DNA of 64,000 nucleotides from Candidatus Pacearchaeota archaeon (GTDB lineage Archaea; Nanobdellota; Nanobdellia; Pacearchaeales; GW2011-AR1): NCBI GenBank assembly GCA_016188825.1, contig JACPHA010000017.1, positions 271 to 64,270 of the forward strand, read 5' to 3'. Shown piece by piece: positions 17,930 to 25,651 of this stretch (position 1 is its first letter; each line of letters starts with the position of its first letter). The notes under the pieces were generated by a model. It saw only the letters and a program-made list of their open reading frames with translations, ran no database searches and was not told where the DNA came from. The position numbers and the translations under genes were made by a program.

Positions 17930-18781
17930 ATGATGAGAAAAATTATATTGTTGTTACTTCTACTTTCAACAGTATCTGCGCAAGAATTTGATTATTATAA
18001 TTTGGAAATCTCATTAACATCCTCTGGTTTGGCTCACCAAAAAATAGAAAATATATTTATTCTTGATAAAGAAACAAATGACATATTGTTCTCAATAAAC
18101 CAAGACATAGAAAATATAAAAGTTCCGCAAAACGAATTTACATTTACAGAGCAAGGAATCTTAATTCATAAAAATATAAAACCAGATGAGAAAAATTTAG
18201 TAGAGATAGAATTTGACACAAAAGATTTAGTTAAGCAATCAGGAAGCAACTTTATATTTTCCATGGATTTTTCTCTTCCATTCGTCTCTAAAAATACACA
18301 AATTAAATTAAACCTGCCCGAAGGTTTTATCTTGTCTGATATAGATCCACCCGCCTCTCCTAAACCAACAGTAATAGAAACAGACGGCAAAATTATTTCT
18401 TTAATATGGAAAAATCCGGAGGAAGAATCATTCATAGTCGTATATAAAAGAGGTTTTACCGATAAATCAGAATCTGCAATGCCAACCTATCTCGTTTTTA
18501 TTGCATTATTAATTATAATTTTTACAGCGATTTTGTTTATGCTCACACAAAAAAGAAAAACAAGAGAATTTATATCAAGCACACTAAGCGAAAATGAAAA
18601 TATCATATTAAATATAATAAGAAAAGAAAAAAACATTACTCAAAAAAAGATTGGTCAAATTACAGGATTTTCTAAGTCAAAACTATCAAAAATTATTAAG
18701 AGGCTAGAAGAAAAAAATATTTTAAAAAGAAAACCCTTCTTTAAAACAAATAAATTTGAATTATCAAAAAAGATGAAATAA
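17930..18781 (+). CDS. single-pass membrane protein with extracytoplasmic domain and cytoplasmic winged-helix (MarR/TrmB-like) DNA-binding domain
   Basis: Signal peptide (..LSTVSAQE). Central TM YLVFIALLIIIFTAILFML. C-terminal wHTH-like ENIILNIIRKEKNITQKKIGQITGFSKSKLSKIIKRLEEKNILKRK. Confidence 0.65.
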   Translation: MMRKIILLLLLLSTVSAQEFDYYNLEISLTSSGLAHQKIENIFILDKETNDILFSINQDIENIKVPQNEFTFTEQGILIHKNIKPDEKNLVEIEFDTKDLVKQSGSNFIFSMDFSLPFVSKNTQIKLNLPEGFILSDIDPPASPKPTVIETDGKIISLIWKNPEEESFIVVYKRGFTDKSESAMPTYLVFIALLIIIFTAILFMLTQKRKTREFISSTLSENENIILNIIRKEKNITQKKIGQITGFSKSKLSKIIKRLEEKNILKRKPFFKTNKFELSKKMK

Positions 18782-18799
18782 TATAGACTCACAGAAAAT

Positions 18800-19747
18800 C
18801 TAAACAATCCCTATTCTTCCCTCGGCTTCTTGCGGCGTCACTGCTCTTCTTTTCGTCGCGATTTTCCTCTTAACCCTCTCTAAATTATCAACGCCTCCGA
18901 TAAATCTATGATGTTCCGAATATTTTTCAATCTCATTTGTCTTTTCTTGCTCCCCAGTATTTTCAGTTTTCAGTTCTACAACACCCAAATACTGAATTGC
19001 TTTTTCAACTTCGTTTTTATCAAATCCTCCATCAATGAGTTTTTCCTTCAGCAGTTCAATTCCAATTCCTTTTCTTCTTCCTTCGTCAAGATAGCGCAAA
19101 ATACTAAAGTTAACCGAGGGTTCTTTCTTTATGCTGTTCACGTAATCAACTGCGCGGATTATTTCATCCTTATTAAGTCCCTTTTTAATTAGTTTCTCAA
19201 TAAGCAATTCAGTTTTCACTCCAAGCTTTTTTCCTTCAACAAGGTATCTGACAATATCATAATTTAATTCTCCTTTTTGTTCAGCCCTTTGCGGGATTTC
19301 TATCTTTGGTTTTATTGCTTCTTTCTTTTTCTCCTCCTCTTCAATCATAGACTCAATGTTTTCTAACAAATAATTTAATTTATCTCTATCAAGTGTTTCG
19401 CCCGAATACAGGGCCTCCTGCATTCTTTCACAAAATTCAACAGCTCTTTTGTCTTGTAATTTTTCTATCATGTCAGAATACTTCATTTGTTTTTCAATAC
19501 CAAATTTCTCAGTGAAAAATTGCCTTGCCAAGTCATCAAGTGAAAAAAGAAATTGCTGCGGGTGCTGAATATTCTTTATGTATTCTATCTGTATCTTGAA
19601 AAAGTTTTCCTGCTCTTCTTTTTTCAAACCTATTCTTTTGCTCAATTTTCTCTCAATCATTGTAAGAGTGATTATTGCAATTAAAACAACTATCAATGCG
19701 CCGAGAAATATCGCTCCCGGAGTTAATATAGCATTCACCTCAACCAT
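18800..19747 (-). CDS. N-terminally membrane-anchored protein with two homologous ~45-aa helical repeats
   Basis: N-terminal TM. The repeats YLVEGKKLGVKTELLIEKLIKKGLNKDEIIRAVDYV and YLDEGRRKGIGIELLKEKLIDGGFDKNEVEKAIQYL are homologous. Confidence 0.6.
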   Translation of the reverse strand: MVEVNAILTPGAIFLGALIVVLIAIITLTMIERKLSKRIGLKKEEQENFFKIQIEYIKNIQHPQQFLFSLDDLARQFFTEKFGIEKQMKYSDMIEKLQDKRAVEFCERMQEALYSGETLDRDKLNYLLENIESMIEEEEKKKEAIKPKIEIPQRAEQKGELNYDIVRYLVEGKKLGVKTELLIEKLIKKGLNKDEIIRAVDYVNSIKKEPSVNFSILRYLDEGRRKGIGIELLKEKLIDGGFDKNEVEKAIQYLGVVELKTENTGEQEKTNEIEKYSEHHRFIGGVDNLERVKRKIATKRRAVTPQEAEGRIGIV

Positions 19748-19794
19748 TTATAAACAACAAAACCCATGTATAAAAATCTTATTACTCGGAAAAA

Positions 19795-20133
19795 ATGAAA
19801 ATAAATCACGGAAAAAAAACAATAAGCGTAAAGGCAAAGAAACTTTCGGAACTAGGAAAATTCATTGGCCTAATGTTCAAATCGAAAAACACGGAAAACC
19901 TGTTGTTTGAGTTTAAAAATAAAAGGCTAATAAGCATTCATTCTCTTTTTGTTTTCTTTCATTTCTTGGCAATTTGGCTCGACGACAAAGATAACATAGT
20001 CGAATACAGGATAATAAAACCCTTCTCTTTTATTATAAAGCCAAAAAATCCAGCGAAGAAACTAATCGAAATTCCTTTTAATTCAAAAAATAAAAAAATC
20101 TTAAAAATATTCGTCGAAAAGGGAAAGATTTAA
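19795..20133 (+). CDS. DUF192-like protein
   Basis: GLMFK...L.F.F......H.....F.L...WLDDKDNIV pattern resembles the DUF192 family. Weak by-eye call. Confidence 0.45.
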   Translation: MKINHGKKTISVKAKKLSELGKFIGLMFKSKNTENLLFEFKNKRLISIHSLFVFFHFLAIWLDDKDNIVEYRIIKPFSFIIKPKNPAKKLIEIPFNSKNKKILKIFVEKGKI

Positions 20134-20181
20134 ATATCTGTTGTGTTAAATTTAATTGAGAAAATAAAAAGGAGGTTAAAA

Positions 20182-20310
20182 ATGGGAAAGATAATTGCAA
20201 AGCACGTAGTCAAGAGAAAGCCGCATCATCTTTATTATGTTGATGCACACGGAAATGTATGTGAAGCAAAAATGTCTCGTGGCGGCAGAAAAAAGAAAAA
20301 GAAAAGATAA
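20182..20310 (+). CDS. 42-aa highly basic small protein (not in ORF track)
   Basis: Strong SD aaaggaggt lies 7 nt upstream of the ATG. Translates MGKIIAKHVVKRKPHHLYYVDAHGNVCEAKMSRGGRKKKKKR. Confidence 0.45.
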   Translation: MGKIIAKHVVKRKPHHLYYVDAHGNVCEAKMSRGGRKKKKKR

Positions 20311-20397
20311 AATATCATTAATTTTATTTTTATTTATTTTTTAAATTGATTTTGTTTATTTTATTAAATGTTTTGATATTAAAAATCTACTTAATGT

Positions 20398-20658
20398 CTA
20401 ATATTCATGTCCGTGGTCAAATAAAACTTCCCAAGCATGTTTTTTGCCTACTTCCTTAACTGCTAAATCATTTACTTCTATTAAGCCAAATATTTTCTCA
20501 CATAAACCCCCGCCCTCTAGAAACCACAAACCATAGTTTTTTAAGACAATTCTTTTTGCCTCTTCAAGACAGCCACAACAAAAATATTTATAAAAGGGTC
20601 CACTATCTTGCATTTCATTTTCTGGAAGATTTACTCTTGCAACATATTTTTTGTCCAT
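20398..20658 (-). CDS. hypothetical 86-aa protein
   Basis: ORF only. Contains FCCGC. Divergent from kae1. Confidence 0.45.
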   Translation of the reverse strand: MDKKYVARVNLPENEMQDSGPFYKYFCCGCLEEAKRIVLKNYGLWFLEGGGLCEKIFGLIEVNDLAVKEVGKKHAWEVLFDHGHEY

Positions 20659-20737
20659 TTTAATCTCTTTTCTAGTTTTTCCTTCGATAATAAATTCTCT
20701 TAATATAGTTTATAAATTGTCCTTTTTTAATAGATTT

Positions 20738-21706
20738 ATGATATTAGGAATTGAATGCACCGCGCACACATTTGGTGTTGGAATCGTTAATAAAGGAAAA
20801 ATATTGGCAAATGTTAGAGACATGTATGTGACTGAATTTGGCGGGATTGTACCGACGGAAAGTGCAAAACACCATAAAAATGTTGCTGAAAAGTTGTATC
20901 AAGAAGCAATAAAAACAGCCAGTATAAAAGAAAAAGAAATTTTAGCAATTGCTTTGTCAAATGCTCCGGGCCTTGCTCCCTGTCTTTTTGCCGGCCTTGA
21001 TTTTGCAAAAGAAAAAGCAAAAAAACTAAAAGTAAAAATAATTCCAGTGAACCATTGCATCGCACATCTTGAAATCGGCAGAAGTGTCGGCTCTTCTGAT
21101 CCTGTTTTGCTTTACGCTTCCGGCGCAAACACCCAAATAATTGCTTACGCTGCGGGAAAATACCGCGTCTTCGGCGAAACTCTTGACATCGGAGTTGGAA
21201 ATTTCATTGACAAATTTGCAAGGCATCTCGGTCTTGGCTTTCCCGGAGGACCACAAATAGAACAGCTTGCAAGAAATGGAAAATATATTGAACTGCCTTA
21301 TACAATAAAAGGTATGGATGTTTCATTTTCAGGATTGCAGACAAAATTGCAACAGTTGCATAAACAGGGTAAAAACGTCGAGGATTTAGCATTTTCATTG
21401 CAGGAAACAGCTTTTTCGATGTTGGTTGAAGCAGCAGAAAGAGCAATGGCCCACACAGGGAAAAATGAACTTGTCTTAGGCGGCGGCGTTGCTTGTAATT
21501 CCCGTCTGCAGGAAATGTGCAGAATAATGTGTAATGAGAGAAATGCAAAATTCTTCTGTCCTGAAAAACCTTTATTAGTTGACAACGCGGCAATGACTGC
21601 CTTCACCGGAGAAATCATGCATAACGCAGGAATTTCTTTTCCGCCAGAAAAAATTGAAATCAAGCCAAGAGAACGCACCGACGATGTTAAAGTTATTTGG
21701 AGGTAA
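20738..21706 (+). CDS. kae1: Kae1, tRNA N6-adenosine threonylcarbamoyltransferase (stand-alone, no Bud32 fusion)
   Basis: MILGIECTAHTFGVGIV N-terminus. HCIAHLEIGR metal-binding motif. GGGVACNSRL motif. Start moved from 20651 to the conserved N-terminus at 20738. Confidence 0.9.
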   Translation: MILGIECTAHTFGVGIVNKGKILANVRDMYVTEFGGIVPTESAKHHKNVAEKLYQEAIKTASIKEKEILAIALSNAPGLAPCLFAGLDFAKEKAKKLKVKIIPVNHCIAHLEIGRSVGSSDPVLLYASGANTQIIAYAAGKYRVFGETLDIGVGNFIDKFARHLGLGFPGGPQIEQLARNGKYIELPYTIKGMDVSFSGLQTKLQQLHKQGKNVEDLAFSLQETAFSMLVEAAERAMAHTGKNELVLGGGVACNSRLQEMCRIMCNERNAKFFCPEKPLLVDNAAMTAFTGEIMHNAGISFPPEKIEIKPRERTDDVKVIWR

Positions 21707-22049
21707 AAATTCTATTGATAATAAATTCCAATCCTCTCGGAATTGTTTTTATCATTGCGTTTCCTAAGAGAACATAAGGATTATCATCAAATAATTCATA
21801 TAAAGAATAAACAATTAGGCTTCCTTCAAAAGCCAAACCACTTAAAAAGCCCGTCGCAAAGTAAGGAGGATTATCAACAGGGCTTTTCTCGCCCATAGTA
21901 TAATTCATTATCCTATCACCAAAACTTTCATCATTGTTAAATAGATTAGTGAAAACCAGACTATGCAAAAATCCCCTAGCCAAACTAACAACTTTATATT
22001 CGCTAGTTTCTTTTCTTTCAATTAACATTTTTTCGGATTTTTGTGACAT
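21693..22049 (-). CDS. hypothetical protein (start trimmed to internal ATG)
   Basis: ORF track gives 21693..22124. The first 25 codons would overlap the divergent gene start at 22110. No motif recognised. Confidence 0.35.
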   Translation of the reverse strand: MSQKSEKMLIERKETSEYKVVSLARGFLHSLVFTNLFNNDESFGDRIMNYTMGEKSPVDNPPYFATGFLSGLAFEGSLIVYSLYELFDDNPYVLLGNAMIKTIPRGLEFIINRIFTSK

Positions 22050-22109
22050 TAAATGAATAAAAAACCAACATAAATAAATGTTTTTAAACTGCCCAACCAT
22101 AATAACTAT

Positions 22110-23300
22110 ATGATTATCGTCCAAAAAAGAGGTCTTTCTAGTATAGTTGCTGTTGTCCTAATTGTTTTTTTAACAATTTCTTCTATTGCTCTTCTGTGGT
22201 CATTTTTGGGTGTTCAAATTTTTAGTTTTTCAGAGAGTATTCAAGAGCAATTTCGAAGAGTTACAACACCACCTCTTTCTTCCCCTGAACCGTACGAAGA
22301 AAGCACAAGCACAGAAAACAACACCTCTCCAATAAACACTTCCTGTCAATTAATTGGCGCGCAGTGGGATAGAAAAATTGCCCCTGAGGGCTCAGTTGTC
22401 GAAATGGCTGTTCTATCAAATGAAAGCTGTATAGGAAGAAATATTAACTTTGAAATATATGAAGATGATACTATAAACGATGATAAAATTTTAAATACCT
22501 CTATCCAAGCACTAATTCTATCAGATAAGCTAGCAATTGCGTCATGGCGCACTCAAAGGCCTTTTGACTATGGTAATCCAGAATTCTATTTCTGTGGAGC
22601 GCTTTCTGACAATCCTAATATTGAAATATGCAGCGAATTGTTAAAAGTAATTTCAGGCAATATTTGCTCTTATGAATTAAAAGTCCAGAATTCTGTGACT
22701 GTAGATGGAAAACGAATTACTTTATTAAATGTAGATTCAGAATTAACTATTTTATTAGATATTAACGGAACAAATGGCACAATATTAATTGGAAGAGCTT
22801 CAACAATAAATGGAGTGTTAATAGCAAATATAAATGCGACATATTCTTCAAACAATTCAGAGAAATCGGCATATATTGAGGTGATAGGTGAAGAATGCGG
22901 TGCTTTTTGCGGAGACAAAATAATACAAGAAAATCAAGAGACTTGTGACGGTAACCTTGAGATTTGTAACAACAACACAGGATACAAGAGATGTTTAAAC
23001 GATTGTTCAGGTTTTGAACAAGAATGTGTTCCATTCCAATTATGCGGCGATGGCACCAGAGACATAGGAGAAGAATGCGATGATGGAAATTCAATTAATG
23101 GAGATGGCTGTAATTCAAACTGTGAAGTAGAATTTTGTGGGGATCTTATTTGTAATAATATGGAAACTTGTCGTTCTTGCTTGCAAGATTGCGGCAGATG
23201 CAATCAACCATTACCTGGACCATTTCCTGGACCAAGATGTGGAGATGGTAAGTGTGATCCGGATGAACTTAGGAGTTGCATACAAGATTGTATTAACTAG
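22110..23300 (+). CDS. archaeal type IV pilin-like (class III signal peptide) protein with C-terminal Cys-rich repeats
   Basis: N-terminus MIIVQKRGLSSIVAVVLIVFLTISSIALL fits the archaeal prepilin [KR]G-hydrophobic signal. The C-terminus CGDGTRDIGEECDDGNSINGDGCNSNCEVEFCGD fits the CxDGxxxxGEECDDGNxxxGDGC disulfide-repeat pattern. Confidence 0.7.
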   Translation: MIIVQKRGLSSIVAVVLIVFLTISSIALLWSFLGVQIFSFSESIQEQFRRVTTPPLSSPEPYEESTSTENNTSPINTSCQLIGAQWDRKIAPEGSVVEMAVLSNESCIGRNINFEIYEDDTINDDKILNTSIQALILSDKLAIASWRTQRPFDYGNPEFYFCGALSDNPNIEICSELLKVISGNICSYELKVQNSVTVDGKRITLLNVDSELTILLDINGTNGTILIGRASTINGVLIANINATYSSNNSEKSAYIEVIGEECGAFCGDKIIQENQETCDGNLEICNNNTGYKRCLNDCSGFEQECVPFQLCGDGTRDIGEECDDGNSINGDGCNSNCEVEFCGDLICNNMETCRSCLQDCGRCNQPLPGPFPGPRCGDGKCDPDELRSCIQDCIN

Positions 23301-23461
23301 AAAAAACAGTACTTGCTTAGCTTTCTAAAGCTCCAACGATAAAAAATAGCCTATTTTCTGCTAATTTTCGTCTTTATGGACGATAACCACTTTACAAAGC
23401 TAAGGTAGAAACAAAAATCAAAAACATTTATAAACCAAGATTTTTAACAACTATTAACTAA

Positions 23462-23483
23462 ACCGATGAAGTTTAACAGAGGT
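23462..23483 (+). promoter_or_regulatory. candidate kink-turn (K-turn/K-loop) hairpin in the l7ae 5' leader, overlapping the SD
   Basis: The RNA reads ACC-GAU-GA-AGUUUAACA-GA-GGU. This gives a 3-bp C stem (62-64/81-83), a 3-nt bulge, tandem G.A/A.G pairs (68.80, 69.79) and a short NC stem-loop. GAGG of the motif lies 5 nt before ATG 23488. Confidence 0.3.
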
Positions 23484-23487
23484 CAAA

Positions 23488-23796
23488 ATGGACTTCTATA
23501 TTATAGTAGAAAAAGCAAGAAAAACCGGTAAAATCGAGAAGGGAACGAACGAAGTTACAAAAGCAATAGAGCTGGGAACAGCAAAGTTAGTTTTGTACGC
23601 AAAAGACGTTGAGCCAAAGGAAATAATTTTGCATTTGCCAATGCTTTGCAAAGAAAAAAACATTCCCTGCCATGAAGTTGACTCAAAACAAAAGCTGGGG
23701 ATTGCCGCAGGAATTTCTGTAAATGCTTCAGCAATCGCAGTTATCGACGCGGGCAGCGCAAAAGAAGATCTTGCTAAAATAAAAACAAGCGAATAA
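23488..23796 (+). CDS. rpl7ae: ribosomal protein L7Ae (eL8 family)
   Basis: KARKTGKIEKGTNEVTKAIELGTAKLVLYAKDVEPKEIILHLPMLCKEKNIPC matches the archaeal L7Ae consensus. Confidence 0.9.
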   Translation: MDFYIIVEKARKTGKIEKGTNEVTKAIELGTAKLVLYAKDVEPKEIILHLPMLCKEKNIPCHEVDSKQKLGIAAGISVNASAIAVIDAGSAKEDLAKIKTSE

Positions 23797-23813
23797 ATAA
23801 TTTAATAATTAAA

Positions 23814-24110
23814 ATGGGCTCTAAAAAACCTCAGAGAATAAAGGAACAGACACAGCAGCAGGAAAGCACAATAAAAAAACTTAGTGAGGGCGGGGCAGTA
23901 AATGCTTTAGTAGAGCAAATAATCGGCAGAACCGGCGGCAGAGGAGAAGTCACGCAGGCAAAAGTAAAAGTTCTCGGTGGAAAAAATGAGGGAAAAAGTC
24001 TAAGAAGAAATATCAAGGGGCCCATAAGACTGGGAGATTATGTAACATTGAGAGAAACAGAAATTGAGGCCCGCAGAATAAAAACAAACCAGACCGCAAG
24101 AGGAGTTTGA
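23814..24110 (+). CDS. rps28e: ribosomal protein S28e (with N-terminal extension)
   Basis: IIGRTGGRGEVTQAKVKVLGG...RRNIKGPIRLGDYVTLRETEIEAR matches the S28e core. Confidence 0.85.
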   Translation: MGSKKPQRIKEQTQQQESTIKKLSEGGAVNALVEQIIGRTGGRGEVTQAKVKVLGGKNEGKSLRRNIKGPIRLGDYVTLRETEIEARRIKTNQTARGV

Positions 24111-24111
24111 G

Positions 24112-24498
24112 ATGCCAACAAAATTAATTTCTTTATCGAAAGAGCAACAGGGGAGATGGATTGTAATTGATGAACCATTTATAGCAAGGAGAGAGACTTA
24201 CCGTATTTATAATACCTTAAACAATTTAATAATTAAGTATTTTGGCCGCCAAGATGCAGAAGAATTACGCGGCAATTTTAAACTAAAACAAATCGACCCA
24301 GATGCACTTATAGAGTTAGAGAGGCTGGATGGTTCAAGAGGATATTTTTTTGTGCAAAGTAATCAACAGCGCAGATTAATTAACTCAGAATCAATAGTAA
24401 ATGATGAAGAAAGGAGATTCAGGAAAGATGGAAAAAAAATAATTAGAAAATTTGTTGACTATGAAGAAGATATGGCTGGGGTTTATTGGAGAATTTAA
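24112..24498 (+). CDS. hypothetical 128-aa protein inserted between rps28e and rpl24e
   Basis: The ATG lies 1 nt after the S28e stop, and its own stop lies 1 nt before the L24e ATG. No recognisable motif. Confidence 0.6.
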   Translation: MPTKLISLSKEQQGRWIVIDEPFIARRETYRIYNTLNNLIIKYFGRQDAEELRGNFKLKQIDPDALIELERLDGSRGYFFVQSNQQRRLINSESIVNDEERRFRKDGKKIIRKFVDYEEDMAGVYWRI

Positions 24499-24499
24499 G

Positions 24500-24733
24500 A
24501 TGACAAAATGTTTTTTCTGCGGCAGAGATGAAAGACCATTCAAAGGAATTCACCTAATTAAAAATTCAGGAACAATAAACTATTTCTGCTCAAGCAAATG
24601 CAGAAAAAACGCTTTGAATCTGCATAGAGATAAAAGAAAAATTCATTGGACGCTGGCTTATCACGATTCCAGAAAAAAAGCTGGGGAAAAAGAGGAACCA
24701 AAGAAATCCCAAGAAAAAGAAAAACAAGAATAA
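24500..24733 (+). CDS. rpl24e: ribosomal protein L24e
   Basis: MTKCFFCGRDERPFKGIHLIKNSGTINYFCSSKCRKN is a Zn-ribbon typical of L24e. Start trimmed from 24452. Confidence 0.85.
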   Translation: MTKCFFCGRDERPFKGIHLIKNSGTINYFCSSKCRKNALNLHRDKRKIHWTLAYHDSRKKAGEKEEPKKSQEKEKQE

Positions 24734-24739
24734 AATTAA

Positions 24740-25651
24740 TTAAATCTTAAAGTTAGGATACTCAGATGGCTTCAGTATTTCATCTCTTTTTGATTGTTTA
24801 TATTTTTTAATAGTATAATCTCTTATTCTTCCAGGCACAAGAGCCAAAGGAAGTAAATATGGACGAGTAATCGAAGTTCCGAGAAGAATCCCCATAGCTA
24901 TCGCAGAGGCTCCCATTGCTAAGTACTTAACTCCATCGTTAATTGAGTAATGTAACCATCTTGTTTCAAATTGTGCGTCTGGATCGTGAGTAAGAAGTTT
25001 ATCAGTCAATATTTCAACAACCCTTTCGTGCATCGCATGTTCCGCTTGGTATTTTTCTAATTCTGGCAAATCTTCCTTAATAAAAGTATTTACAAAGTTT
25101 CTTCCAGTTTCAGCACGATACCGAAATATAACATAGTGCAATGCTTCATGAAATGTTATAGACTTAGTTTCTGGCTGAGTTCTGTCATTTGGAATTTCTA
25201 TTATGCCTTCATATTCAGGATATTGCTTAAACTTTTCTTCAATATCTTCTTGTAATTTTTCATCTAAAGGTTTATGATTCTCTTTTACAACTATCTTCTT
25301 ATTCGAAATTTTAGTCACGCAATGTGCCGCTAGAAAATATTTATCATGTAATCTTCTTTTTGTTGGCCTCAGAAAATCAAAAGGCATAAAAGAGGTTCTA
25401 AATCTCCACATAAAAGGATATTTTGGTTCGCGGGGAACAAGCTTAGGTCTTTTCTCATCAGCTGAATCTTTCACAGCCCTGTTAAAAGAGTTTCTATCTT
25501 CGAAGTAATCACCAGCTTCTTCAATATGATCTACAAAAGAATCATAATAGGTTTCTAAATCTTTTTCAGTTACTTTGGGTCTAACACCAAACGTAGATAA
25601 ATCTAATAATACGTTATCTAATTTTATTTTTCCTTGTGATATTTTTATCAT
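24740..25651 (-). CDS. HExxH-motif protein with C-terminal TM helices (putative membrane Zn-metallopeptidase-like)
   Basis: SITFHEALHYV (HExxH) with a downstream EHAMHE. Hydrophobic C-terminal segment YLAMGASAIAMGILLGTSI...LLPLALVP. ATGA overlap with the upstream NTase gene. Confidence 0.5.
   Translation of the reverse strand: MIKISQGKIKLDNVLLDLSTFGVRPKVTEKDLETYYDSFVDHIEEAGDYFEDRNSFNRAVKDSADEKRPKLVPREPKYPFMWRFRTSFMPFDFLRPTKRRLHDKYFLAAHCVTKISNKKIVVKENHKPLDEKLQEDIEEKFKQYPEYEGIIEIPNDRTQPETKSITFHEALHYVIFRYRAETGRNFVNTFIKEDLPELEKYQAEHAMHERVVEILTDKLLTHDPDAQFETRWLHYSINDGVKYLAMGASAIAMGILLGTSITRPYLLPLALVPGRIRDYTIKKYKQSKRDEILKPSEYPNFKI

Noticed and set aside
20651-20737. N-terminal 29-codon extension of Kae1 given by the ORF track
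   Set aside because: The extension is hydrophobic junk overlapping the divergent gene start. The conserved Kae1 N-terminus MILGIECTAHT begins at 20738.
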